Assembly (NCBI GenBank): GCA_050273025.1
Contig: CP158635.1
Location: forward strand, 13,454,001 to 13,518,000
From: Cenococcum geophilum
Taxonomy: Eukaryota
Direction: 5' to 3'
Length of the DNA: 64,000 nucleotides
The notes beneath the pieces were generated by a model. That model was not told the DNA's origin. It did no database searches and worked only from the letters and a program-made list of their open reading frames with translations. Shown here piece after piece: positions 49,201 through 61,646 of the stretch; position 1 is the stretch's first letter, and every line of letters begins with the position of its first letter. The position numbers were made by a program, and so were the translations under genes.

Positions 49201-50297
49201 GGTATTAGGGCTTATTCAGCCGTTTTACCCAAAGGGTTATATTATCGCAATCTCTCGCTATTAGAGGGACCTTTCTACCTTTACGCAACGGCTTTCTATA
49301 AGGTATCCATGGAGTTTCTATTTAGGTTATCGCGAGATTTTAAGGAAGAATAGTAGTTATAAATAAAAGATATAAATAAACAATCTGGTCCTTAAAGCTA
49401 ACTACCCTTTTAAAAGAAGTAGGAAGGATTTAAATATAAGGGGATCTTATAGGTAGGGGGCTATAAGGACATAATTGTGGAATAGGATAGATTGGTAAGA
49501 GAGACAAATCCTTAAGGAGGTAAGGCCTTTAGGATTGTAGAGACTATATACTATAGGTATATAACTTTAGTATATAACCGGCGACCATCTAAGGGGCGTC
49601 TAGGGGTTATCTTAAGGGCAACCCAAGGTGACCGCAATAATATCCCTTATAGTATCCTTCGCCATTTTATTAATTCTTTGCTTGTCTTCCTTCGCCAGCT
49701 ACCTCCACACCTTATCCTTTGCTTTACAAACTATATCAGCTTCCTTAGTATTCTTTTTCTCTTAGTAGAGCTCTTAGGCCCCCTACACCTTATTAGGTAA
49801 GTAGATAATAGCTCTACTACCTTTATTTAATGCTAGAATCTAAAAGAGATTCTTTTACCTCTTCCTCTTCCTTTATTTTATCTTAAAAGCTTCCTAATAG
49901 CCTTAAATACGGCTTTAAAGAAGTATGTTAGTTGCTATAAGCTTATAAATATCCTAGGTAAGAGCTCTTACCTATTTATTAGTCTTAGATTAAACTACGT
50001 CCTTTACTACCTATTTTAGCTAGGTTTCTATCTTCTTCCAATTACTAGCTATAAGGATTAAGCCAATAGAGTTACTAAAAAATAGTCTCTCTTTATCTTC
50101 TTTCTTCTTAGCGTTAAATTGCTCTAATACTGTATTAGGGTCCTATAGGTGTATACCGGTCTTTTTCTATCTACTAGCTATATTTATAAAGCGTAAGAGT
50201 CCTTTATAATTTATAAAGAACTAATTTAATTTATCTAAATAGTAAATAGCTAGAGGAGAGAAGAGAAAGACGTCTAAAGGCTAAAGCTAGTAAGTTA

Positions 50298-53200
50298 TTT
50301 CAGCCAGGTAGGTATTACGATAGATAATATAGGCCAGCTAATAGGTAGAGACACAGAATTGAATAAGTGATCTGTTTTATTTAAGGTGGCTCTAAGAGCC
50401 CTAATATATATAGGAGAATTGACCCCCTACAGGGGTCCCTAGAGAGTGATAATACACGTTAAAACTGACGTCGAACAGCACCCGTCCCACCTCTGTAGTA
50501 GGGCTACCTCAGTGGCTAATATACCCCCTCAGATCTAACGTATTACGTCAGAGCTGGATTACCGGATTAGGCAGTTGGGAGAGACGTGCTGGTGGTGAGC
50601 TTTGCCGAGCGTTAATTGACCAGATGTCTGATATCGCGGAGCCCTAAGACTTCGACGAATTTTTGATGATTTTGCTTTGAGAGAGCTTTAGTTAGTCCAT
50701 CTGCAGCCACCTCGCTCGTCGGTACCCATTGTACGACAAAGCTTCCGTTTTGTACCTCTTGGCGAAGCCAGAACTAATGGATATCTACGTGTCGGAGTTT
50801 TGTAGATACCGTAGGGGTCTCTTTCGTCACAATCCGTACTGACTGCTAATTGTTACAATTAATAATGACGTCCTGTTCGGGATCGAATCTAATAGCTTTG
50901 AAGATCCGAACCATATGCTCGACCTCCCTACTGACGTGTAAGAGAGCTAGGAGTTCTGCCTTCGTAGTAGACTTAGTGACTGCCTTTTATCTAGTTGCCT
51001 GCTATGCTATAGGCCCATTAAATAAGCTTATTAAGAAGCCCTATGAGCTCTGACGTGTTAGAGCATCGTTAGTAAAGCTGGCATTAGAAGCAGCTTTTAG
51101 AACCTAGTTTATCTTATATGGCGTAATAGTAGAGAACTCAAAAGCGAGGTATCTGGTATCGTAGAGATAGGTAAGTAATCTGTTAATCTCCGCAAGATAA
51201 GCTGGCGACGGATTTTGTAAGAACTTAGCCAGCCTGCTAACTGAGAAAGCAACGTCTGGTCGTGTAGTAGATGCAAGATATATCGCAGAACCTACACGAC
51301 GTTGATATCCTTTCGTCTGATTCGGCGTAGCTTCTCCCTCGTACGGCGTTAATTCCTAGCCCGATAGTGGTGTAGCTGATGGCTTTAGATATTCTAGATG
51401 GTATATTAAGACTAGCTTCTCGAGATATTGATCTAGACAGAGCTAGAGCTTTCCCTTTTGTTAATCTCGCACGATACGAGTATTTAGGAATGACGTAAAT
51501 TGTGGTATTTGGCGTATCTCGAAACGGTCTTATAGCTGCCTTAGGATGTCCTCTATCTGCTGATAACAGCTTAGGTGACCGATAATTAGGATATCGTTAA
51601 CGTAGAAGAATATAAAGATAGGCTTAGTAGGGTAAACGTAGAGATATAGCTTATCTAGTACCGCTTTTAAACCTATGCTTTGCAGAGCAGCAGACATCTC
51701 TAGGAACTACAATTTAGGAGATTTCCGTAGTCCGTACATTGCCTTTCTTAGATGGAGAGAGAATCCAGGTGGTAGATCTATACCCTCGGGGGGAATAAGA
51801 TAGACTTTATTGTCAACTAAGGCGTTGATAAATGCATTAATGGTGTCAATTTATATAACGTCGAGGTTAAAGCTAGTAATAAGAGTATAAAGAAGACGGA
51901 AGGTTTAATAGGCTGCCGTTATAGCTTTAACCTCCTCCTATAAGACTGCTTAAAGGTCTCTATAGATAACTAGACGAGCCTTAAATCTTATAATATAGCC
52001 GTCTAAATCTTCCTTATAGGTTAAGACCCACATAGTAGGAAGTTGGTGAGCCCTCTTAACTAGCCGTACCTTATCCTAGGTATATTTTCCTATTAAAGCT
52101 TTTATCTTAACGTAAGCAGCTGCTTTAAACTCTATAGCGTACTTATAATTAAGCATCTCTTTCTATAACTTTAGTGGCGTTAGAAAGTTGTCTTAGTGTC
52201 TATACGTCTTCGTCGCAGTAGTGTAGAAGGCGTAAGCCAATGGCGTCGTCTCTGGATTGATAAAATTATTACTATTATTAATTTGAACCGTAAAGGCTCG
52301 TCGTCATAGATCCTGATTTGGTATATCTTTCTTCTTTACCATAGACCGCTTTTTACGGCCAAAATATCTCTTACCCCCTAATAATAAGCCTGCTGTCGTC
52401 TGAGGTTTAGAATAAGGTGTAGGATCTATAAACGGTAGTTCGGTGACTTTAGAAGATGACTAAGTAGTAGATGGTATCTGTGGCGTAGATGCCGTAGTAG
52501 ATAGTAATTGCTAAAGCGCCAAAGACGCTAATGGTATAGACGGTTCTGGAGTTAGCTCCGGGGTAGGTAGCTAAGGGAGTTCTTCTGTTAAGATCTAAAT
52601 GCTTTTTAATATAGGAGTAACATTAATATTTGCTAAATACGGCAGTCTTACATCCAGTTCTTTGTTAAGGTTCTCTATCTAGTCCTTACTGCCATCTTAA
52701 AGATTATCTAGTAGGTCCTGGACTTGCTAAAAACAATCCTTTTAAGCCTGTGAGATAATGAGATGTTCTGGTGTTTCGGGAGATTAATATCTCTTTAACT
52801 TATTAATTCGTACGTTACGAGATCGGATAATGCGGTTGGTGGTTAGTATCTATATCCTATAGATATTTGACGCTTCTATACCGACAAGATAACCTATTTA
52901 GGCTCGTAGCTCAAACTTTGCTTTCCTAGGAATGCCGTATTTAATAAGCACGTAGGTTAAAGATCCAGCCATATAAAGTCCTACTAGCCATAGCTTCCGT
53001 TTATATAGCATCTTAAATAGGGTCTTCCAGTTAATAGACTTAATGGGAGTTTAATTAAGTAGGAACACTGCTAGAAGTATAAACTCGGGCCATAAATCCA
53101 CGGGTAACTTTGCTTTAATAATAGCAGTCCTTACTTATTTAGAAATGGCTCTCCCTAACCTCTCTATAGGTCCATTTTAAGCTAGGGTATATAGCGTCGA

Positions 53201-55748
53201 TTGCTTAATAACACCTCTATTAAGCTGGATGAGGTTCTTTACCCTAGCGCCTATACCTTACTCCTTATCCATATACTAAATACGGATACCTTAAGCATCA
53301 AATTTCTTCGCAAAAGCTATTATCGATTTAAAGAGTAGGAGCAGTGTCTCTTACTCATGGTTCTTGATAGGAAAAGTATAATAGTACTTTATATAGTTAC
53401 ACCAAAAGTAAGCTACATACGTATCTCCATTAAACCCGTCTTCCTCTATAATAACATTAAAGTAAATACGTTTAAAAGGGTAGGTTCCCTTTACGGATAT
53501 TCTGCGAGATATCTACTATATTATCTTTCTAAGAATATATAGTTTATAAAGTGGTACACTATACGGAGTTCTTCCTCTATCCGTCTTAACCACTTTAACC
53601 CTATCTACCACAGTCGGCAAATAATCCACTAACTCTATATTATAGTGTAATAAGCATTAATGCCATATTTTATTATATACTGAGGTCTTAAAGAATCTAG
53701 TAAACGTAGCGTAGGCAGTAGGAGTAGGTAGTAAGCAGGCGATGGCATTGATGAGGTAAAGACCTCCGTATTCTATAATATTGGCGAATAGGCTTCCGTC
53801 ATCTTTATAGCGTAAATAATTCGTAAATTAGTTAATAATTACTCCGACCTTACGAAGCTTTACTGCGGATATTAAATTGGTATAAAAATACGGAGTATAC
53901 GCTATATTCCTTAATGTCAGATACCAAGTTAGGCGTTATTGGCCCACCTTAATTACCAAGTTAATATCACCATATCCATAAATTTCTGCCCCAGAATCTC
54001 CAGCTATTGCTATAGATATGCTTAGCTTAAAGTTATAGAAGTATCTAATATCGTTATAGAAGTGGGTATCTACCATAGTGTTATACTCCCAGGCGTTAAT
54101 TAAAGACAGATCTGGATAATCCTATAATAATATTAATAATTTTAATAATAAAAAGGATGTTTTTATAGCCGCCGCTATAGCTTAAGGTCGGTCCAGATCC
54201 TCAATCTTTTCGGCAGTAGATAAATCTGACGGAGACGTCCTTAACCTAGGGCCTTCCCTCTTAATCTGCTTAAGCCTCCTATTATAATACTACTTGTTTA
54301 TTAGGACCTTAAGCCATTCCTAATACCTCCGTAGACATTTATTATTTAGTACAAAGTTCGGACCTTAAAGAGACTGAAACAGTTACTTATAATTCTTTAA
54401 CTTATAGAGTAAACCACAAGCAAAGCACTTTACCTCAGGTAATTAAGAAGGTATTAGGGTAGTAGACGTCGTAGGATCTATAGCTAGCTGCCCTAAGAGT
54501 ATAGCATAGGCGTTACGTCCCGTATTCGGATGCTTATAGAGGAGGTTAAATTCCTTAATTATTGTCGATATTTCGAGCTTCTCTAACCTCTTTGCTACCT
54601 TTTAGATAAAGGTATAATATAGAGCTAAACAGATCTCCTTACAGTCCTAGACAAAGGCTCGTACAACGCTACCTTCTATTACCTCTATCAACCCTTCCTC
54701 TAGCTCTTCGCCGTTCTATATAATGGTGATATAAAGCTAAAGCCATAATTCTAAAGTCTGGCGTTTAGGCCCTTGTTTCCGTTTCTTAAGATCGTCTAAT
54801 ACTATTTGCTGCAATGTAGCTTATGACGGCTTTACTACCTTTTTTAGCTGCCTCAAAATCGAATATAGTGTAGTGAGGTTTTTAAAATATCCTGAGAAGT
54901 TAGTGCCTATAGTGGCATGCAACAGTGCTGCAAAGGTATAGAGCTTCTCTTCCCGTTTTATATAGTCCTATTATTAGAGCTTATAGAGCTCGAAGAGCAT
55001 TCTCTATATCTCTAAAGATTGCGGAGTTTATTATCCTTATTAACTTGATAACCCAGGTATAGCTGTTCCAGTAGACGCTGGAGTTGCTGCTAAAGTTATA
55101 GGAGCTGCTACTGCTATTACAGAAGCTGCTGCTAGTGCTGTAGGAGCTGCTGCTAGTGCTGTAGAAGCTGCAGGAGCTGTTACAGGTGCTGTAGGAGCTG
55201 CTGCTATCGAAGGTATGGCTAGCTTAGTGTTTTCTTTAATTTCGTTCTCCGTCTTATCTGGGTTAACATAGTCCCAGATCTTCGCAAAACTTACTTCTTA
55301 GCAGATAAATTGAAACTATATAGGCCAGTCTTTCTAGGTTAGCAAAAGAGGGTTTATAGAGTCCTTAGTTGCCATATTAGCTTTTGTTTTAAGGTTGTGT
55401 AAAAAAACGCGCTTACGCGTAAAGCACGCGATATTTCGTAACGAACTATACTTAAAGAGGCTTAGTGGTATTCGTCTGGCCACTGAGATCTCCCTAGTGC
55501 TCAGAAGGTTACTAGGCTTATAACTTTTAGCCAGGTAGGTATCACGATAGATAATATAGGCCAGCTGATAGGTAGAGACATAGAATTAAATAAGTAATCT
55601 GTTTTATTCAAGGTGGCTCTAAGAGCCCTAATATATATAGGAGAATTGACCCCCTACAGGGGTCTCTAGAGAGTGATGATACATATTAAAACTGACGTCG
55701 AATAGCACCCGTCCCACCTCTGTAGTAGGGCTACCTTAGTGGCCAACA
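50298..55748 (-). mobile_element. Full-length Ty1/Copia LTR retrotransposon (5451 bp)
   Basis: 224-bp LTRs at 50298-50521 and 55525-55748; TSD AGTTA (50293-50297, 55749-55753); PPT GAGGGGG; PBS GTTAT(G)AGCC. Confidence 0.93.
50612..55375 (-). pseudogene. pol: Copia gag-pol polyprotein (gag, protease, integrase, RT, RNase H), RIP-degraded
   Basis: ATG at 55375; Ala/Pro-rich repeat at 55065-55205; FKARLV at ~51968-51986; YGLRKSPKL at ~51710-51737; FYV(D)DI at ~51590-51607; HVDIH..WLRQE and ADGLTKAL at ~50680-50791. Confidence 0.9.
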
Positions 55749-56984
55749 AGTTAAATAAGGAGGATAGATAGCTAGGAGAATTCTATAGTTATTATAATAC
55801 TTAATAAACTTTATATTTATATAAGAACCGTACCTATTAATAATAAAAAGCCTTTAATCTCTTTTAGCCTTTACCTTTATCTCTTTATTAAAGATCTTTA
55901 ACTATTAAAGGCCAAGGTCGTTATTGGTCTATCTAGAAGGTATTAAGGTAAAGAAGCAGCTATATTTATTAGGGTTAAAATCCTCTAGCTATATATCTTA
56001 AACGTTATTTATTATAGCTTAATAGATAAGAGTTAGTATAAGTACCGTTTAGTCTACGTAGATAGCTGCTACTACTATAATCCACTCTTTATTTCTATCC
56101 TAAATAACATTTTGCATTCTTCCTAACTTAAAGGCACTCCTACTAAAGATCCTCTACTTCTTTTTTATATAACCAATAAGGAAGCCCTTTTTATCTATGT
56201 TCTAGGTATTACCTAGCTTAATATTATATTCCTTTATCTTTCGTCTTAAGAGCTTAAAGTAAAGGCTATAATACAGCGCTAAATTAGCCCTCTTCCTAGA
56301 TTTATTAATAGGAAGAAGGTATCCTAATTAGAGTATTTTTAATTTCTATTTAACCCAGCGTAAAGCTTAGTTAATTTCTGGCATTCTTCTAGCTATTTTT
56401 AAGGCTAGATTTCGCACCATCTAATATAAAGGGGGCAGCCCCATTTTAGATAAGTCGTTAATGCGATTAATAAGAGCCCTCTCCTGCCTAGGGGTGAGAA
56501 TCTTTTAAGAATTGTAGCCATTGACCTTGCTGCCCGTCTTGCCATTAAATCGCTTTAAAAGGGTGCTTTGGTTGACCCCATGCTTATCTGCCATAGCCTG
56601 GATATTCTTTTTCTCTTAGAGGTGAAGCTCCGCGATCGCATCTTCAATTTTACCCATTTTTTATTGAAATCTGTTGAATATTGGTGGGGTCGTGTGCGTT
56701 GCAAGATGAGTGGTAAGGGCCCAGACCTGCGGAGGATAGGCCGGATAGGCCTCTCGGATAATAGACCTATCAGCTAATAGTATCCGGAGACTATCCGGAT
56801 AGTCTCCGGATAGTCTTAGCAAAAACCCCTAATATACTTACACTTGTAATGCACCCCCCAATATTAAATAAATAATTTTTCTATTAGTATAGATTTATAG
56901 AGCTTATAAAGCGCTTTAAAATGGTACCACTTTTATCTAAATATCCTAAGGATAAGTAATATTATATAGATATAAGGCTTATAA

Positions 56985-57335
56985 GAGCTCTGCGGGGGAG
57001 CCCCGCACGGAGCTCTACTAAAGCTCAGCAAAAGCTCCGCACGAAGCTCCGCACAAAGCTCCGCACGAAGCTCTGCGGAGGCTCCGCTCAAAGCTCTACG
57101 GAGGCTCCGCTTAAAGCTCTGCGGAGGCTTCGCATAAAGCTCTGCACGAAGCTCTATATAAAGCTCTACACAAAGCTTTTATATAGAGCCTCCGTAGTAG
57201 AGCTGTTGTACACAGAACCGTTGTACGCAAAGCCGTCGTGCAGAGCCTCCGTATATAGAGCTTCGTGTAGAGCTTTGTATAGAGCCTCCGTAGAGCTTCG
57301 TGCAGAGCTTTATGTAGAGCTTCGTGTAGAGCCTT
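56985..57335. repeat. 12-bp repeat array in two opposed orientations inside the hAT element
   Basis: aaagctccgcac-type units to ~57180, then gtagagcttcgt-type (reverse-complement) units. Confidence 0.85.
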
Positions 57336-57489
57336 AGCAAATACCTTTAGCTTTCCTACTAATTAGATATCTTCTTTCTACCTTTTTATTTATATTTCTC
57401 TTTATATAAAATACTATAAAATAAAATAAAAATAGGAAAAAAGAGAGAAGACCCAGTAGTTTAAATTTAGTAACTTTTTTCTACTCCTT

Positions 57490-58070
57490 ATCATCCCCCA
57501 GTTCCACGATCCGATCCTTACCCTTTAATACTCCCGCTGCCGCCACTATAGGCTAAGAATTTATATCGTACGACGAACATTAAGCTCTATAATCCCGCCA
57601 CTTATAATTTCCACAGCACCCACTATAGAACCCTGGGAGACTCCGATATTTAGTAAAGGGGTAAGGGCCTACTGGACAACGTAGAGTCGCCGTATAAGTC
57701 TTGCAAGGCTAGTATTAATTAGCTTTCTACCTTGTATAAGTAATATAGATTGCTTACAGTTATATTTAGAGACCCATAGCTCTAAATTAGAATTGCATTT
57801 ATATATAAGGGCCTCCCTATCCGCACCTACCTCTCCGATATACCCCTAACCTAAGCCTCTATATTAATTGCCGGTAAAGCTTCTACCCTCTCCTACTTAT
57901 CTTAAAAGTAGTTAGTTATATAAGTATATCGTACAGAAAGGAGAGTTTACTTATAGTATAGTAATATTGCTAGAGAATCTGTTATATAGTAGGACGAGAA
58001 GTATACTAGATAATTATATTTCCTAATTCTTAATAAAGGACAACGTCGGTGGGATTTAAACTTATAATCT
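57490..58070 (-). pseudogene. DUF3716-type Cys-rich fungal protein carried inside the hAT element, intron 57709-57757
   Basis: GRP(S)YINAILI(Q)S.G | GTAAGC...GCTAAT...TAG | PCKT(C)...GPYPFT.(C)RSLPGF..GCCGN(C)KWRD...(R)CS. Confidence 0.72.
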
Positions 58071-58216
58071 ATTAAGTTTAAAGTTAGCATATATTTACCT
58101 ATACCACCTATACGCCTTTAGTGGTTACCTTTTACCTAAAATTATTTTATTTATATACCCCCCTACCCCCCTTTAGTATTGTATAACACACCCCTTATAT
58201 ACTTTCCCTTATGCAA

Positions 58217-60717
58217 CTATAAGAGAATACTTAGAATCTTATAAGCTGCCTAGTCCTTCGCGTATTCTAATACCTTAAGTATTTATAGAGTAGTATTTAT
58301 ACAATCCTATAGAACGCGACGTTAAGAACCTAAAAATACTCTCTCTAACTTATCGCTTATTTTAGGTATTAAGAGAACTTTAATTGTAAGCTATAAGAGT
58401 TATGGAAATCTTAAATACTAAAGAGGCTAGTTTTACTATTAAATAGCTATTATATAGCTATTAAGCGGAATTAGATTTTTATTAATGTAGTTATTAAACT
58501 TATCTAAACTCTACGGATAAGTATATTTTAAATAATACTAAAGATAAGCCTTATAGAAGGCAGAGAGATTTTATTTAAACTCTAAAGATAACTTTTAAGT
58601 TTTCTTAGTTGCGTATAATATAGTTAAACCTAAAAGTATTGCTTTCTTACGGAATCTTTTATAGAGCTTTTATACGCTAAAAAGCTTCTTTTCTCCTTTA
58701 ACGGTAATACAATCGTTCTAATCTTTTAAGAAAGCTGTATAACACTCTAGGTTAAGAACTCGTACCGCTAGATAGTAGGGAGAATTATCTAGCTTCTTAA
58801 CGTACTTTATAAGCTTTTCCTTAGCACGTTAGAGTTAAGGAGTTATAAACTTATCCTTAGCCTTAGTAGCTATTACCTATAGGAAAGTTAGCTAAAGAAA
58901 TATTAAGAGTATTATATAATATACTAATGCGGTCTATATTATATCCTTAAGAATATTAACTAATTCTAAAACCCTCTCTAGTATTATATAATCTCCTTAA
59001 AGAAATAGAGTTACTTTATAGAAAGATTAAAGGAAATTATAAATCGTATAAAGATGTATCTATTCGCTTATTAAGAGGATATTATCTTTTAAGTTATCTT
59101 TATAGTGCTCTATATAGAGTTAAAGCCTAGCCTTTACCTTATCCTCTAGAGCTATATATAGTATAAGAAACTAGCTATTCTATCTTATACGGTTATTAAG
59201 AGGAACTATTTTACTAGCACGTTTGGTAAACCATATTATATAGTTAGCTAAGCTACGGATATAAACGATATAGTTATAAAGCTTTCCCATTAGCCCCATA
59301 ATATTTTAAATATTTTAACCTCTTTTACGCTTTTTGTTTAATGCTAGCTCTAATTTTTTATCCTTCTTTTTCTTTTTTTTAACTAGCGGTAGTACTTATT
59401 ATACAACTTCTTCTTCTTCTTCTTCTTCTTCCTCTTTTTCTTTATTTTATTTCTTATCCTTTTTATTATATAAGTTTATAAGCTTCTTATCCTTTTTTAA
59501 ACTAAATAGAAAGGCTTAAATAATAAGATTAATAACGTGCCCCTAATAGCGAATTCTTTAATACGTTGCAATCTAGTTAATTTTATACTTAAGGCTAAGC
59601 CATTAGCTAATTATACGATAGAGAACATCGTTTAATCTAGTATTATCGCCAATAAGAGCTCTAATCTTTATTTTAATGCTATACTTAATAAGAACCGGAC
59701 GAAGCGCCTCCTATTAATTTATACTATTTTAACTAGATACTATACAAAGGGCAATTAAGGGGTTCCAGTATTTATCCTAGATATTAATAAAGCTAGCACA
59801 GATTCTAAGAAAAAGGGAATAACTTAGAGAGGTCCAGATATTCATAGCAAGGTAAATATTTGTTTTTATAGATTAAAGTACTTTTCGTATAATATCTTAT
59901 CTCTTGGTAAAGTGTTTAAGAATCTAGGCTATAATCGTTAAGTAGTATATAGGGATAATTAAGGGTGCTTCTTAATTTAATGCTTTTACGAAAGCATAAA
60001 ACTCTGGCCATTCTATATATAAAAAGGGAAGCCGTTATACGATAATTAGATCTAGAAGTGCTTGCTTTATAGTATTTTAATATACTATACGCTTTAGAAC
60101 CTTACCCTTAAGACCTTAAACTTCTCCTCTTGCTAAAAGCTTTTAATATAGTTCTAAAAGAGATCTCTCCCCCTAATCTTTTACTATCGTACGCTCCTGG
60201 TTCTCTACTAGATTCCATTTAATATTATATTTTTTAAAATGGCCTTATAATCCAACTATTACGGCTCGTATAAGTGCCTCTAAACCGAAGCTTGTAGAAT
60301 GCTATATTACGAAGATACTAAGCTAAGGAGCAGAAGGAGGTTAAGGAAAGGACAGGTCTATATATACAAGCCAAGTCTCCAAGCGAGCCCCTAACTAGGC
60401 TGCATGTAGACGTCGCAGGGGCGGTACCCCAGCGCCGTCACACCAACGGTTAAGGAATAGTGTTCTTTTGGGTCTTAAGGAGGATAGTATTTACAAAAGT
60501 AGCGTTTCTTTATATAAGCCTTTTCTTTCTTTATTACCGTACGAGTATGTTTATAAATTAAGGAGACTTATCTTGAGATCTGTGTTATATAAGTAGTTAG
60601 GATTAAACCAGTATCAGCTTTAGTCTTAACGCCGCTTAAAAGGGTAGAAAGTGTATTGACTTTAAAGGAATTATTATCATTAAAGTTTTTGGGGTGAATT
60701 TTACTAGTACTAGCCAT
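58217..60717 (-). pseudogene. hAT transposase, RIP-degraded
   Basis: LAM(D)IWTS at ~59830-59853; GDN...N at ~59630-59650; IR(C).GHVINL (CxxH) at ~59525-59555; dimerisation motif L(S)IP.(M)SD.(P)ERVF(S) at ~58330-58376. Confidence 0.85.
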
Positions 60718-60950
60718 ATTTATAGCGTCGTACAATAAGCGGTAAAGGTTTAGTTTATAGTTAAAATTTTGCGGATATCTAGATGTTATCCGGATATTAT
60801 CCGGATATTATCCGATATCCAGGCTATCCTCGGATAGGATTATTATCCGCCCGACCGGATAGGATAATCTATCCTCCGCAGGTCTGGGTGAGGGTTGATA
60901 AGTGTACACGAACCCGTAATGTGCATGAGCCCGTCGTGACCTCTAAGTCA

Positions 60951-61646
60951 TTATCTTAGGTGCTTTAGCCGCTTCGTAGATAATTGGCAGGCCCGCCCCT
61001 TTACATAACTTCTTACTAATTCTCAGCTCCACGTAACCTAATAAATCCTCTACAAAGCGTCTGAGAGCTTATGGGCGCGCGTTTGGTGCAACTCGTATGC
61101 TATTTCTAACGCATATCAAATTTAAATAGCTATATTAAGGTCAATTCAGCAGCTATTACTACAGTTCGCAATGCATTTACATTACAATCTCTCCTACTAA
61201 TATATTCTAATTAATTAAACTAGCTAACTAACGTATTAGGGGGCGAAGTATAGCCTTAAAGTTTAAAGACGTGTTTTTAAACCCGTATCTACCTAACCAG
61301 CTATATTAAAACCTTAATCGCATTTTACTACTATAACTTATTTTTCCCTAAGATTAAGTAAGCTACTTCTTATTATAGCTAAAAAGTAACTTACTCAATC
61401 TTAGGGGAAAATAAGTTATAATAGGGAAGTTCTATCTTAAAAGTATAAGAAAACTATAAGGTGTAAGGGTACAAAACGTAACTATTTTCCCTTAAACCCT
61501 TAGAGAGGAATTGCCTTATACGTGCTCTAATTAGCTATATCGCTTGCGTACGGTACCTTCCTTGGCAGAATTTTATAATAGAATTGCATAATATTTATAA
61601 AGTAAGAGGCGAATTCCTTAACGAGGGTCTGGGGCACCTAAGATAA
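60951..61646. mobile_element. Non-autonomous hAT-like MITE (696 bp), copy 2
   Basis: TIR TTATCTTAGGTGC / GCACCTAAGATAA; perfect 8-bp TSD CTAAGTCA (60943-60950, 61647-61654). Confidence 0.92.

Larger units (their letters stand above)
38521..49651 (-). mobile_element. Full-length Ty3/Gypsy chromovirus with a long 3' region; RT interrupted by the ORF1-only LINE
   Basis: 217-bp LTRs at 38521-38737 and 49435-49651; TSD GTATC (38516-38520, 49652-49656); PPT complement CCCCCCCTCCTCCC next to 38737. Confidence 0.95.
38263..56657 (-). pseudogene. pogo/Fot1 transposase in three pieces (56657-55754, 50297-49657, 38520-38263)
   Basis: MGKIEDAIAEL...HGVNQSTL (HTH); LTPRQERALI..I..L...GLPP (CENP-B-type HTH); N(M)D(E)KGF; (D)(G)(H)GS(H); PP(H)(S)T(H).L(Q)PLDV split by the Copia. 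Confidence 0.88.
56722..60886 (-). mobile_element. hAT-superfamily DNA transposon (~4.2 kb) inserted in the pogo 5' UTR
   Basis: 18-bp TIR CAGACCTGCGGAGGATAG / CTATCCTCCGCAGGTCTG; subterminal TATCCG/CGGATA repeats; flanks GGTAAGGG (56712-56719, then CC) and GGTGAGGG (60887-60894). Confidence 0.9.
38137..60943 (-). mobile_element. pogo/Fot1-type DNA transposon (~2.0-kb core) expanded to 22.8 kb by Gypsy, Copia and hAT insertions
   Basis: 23-bp TIR GAGGTCACGACGGGCTCGTGCAC / GTGCATGAGCCCGTCGTGACCTC; TA TSD at 38135-38136 and 60944-60945. Confidence 0.92.

Noticed and set aside
50850..59519. Short ORF-track calls at 50850, 53357, 56568 and 59334 (also 25420, 35606, 41897)
   Set aside because: They are antisense shadows of retroelement or transposase remnants, or translations of tandem repeats.
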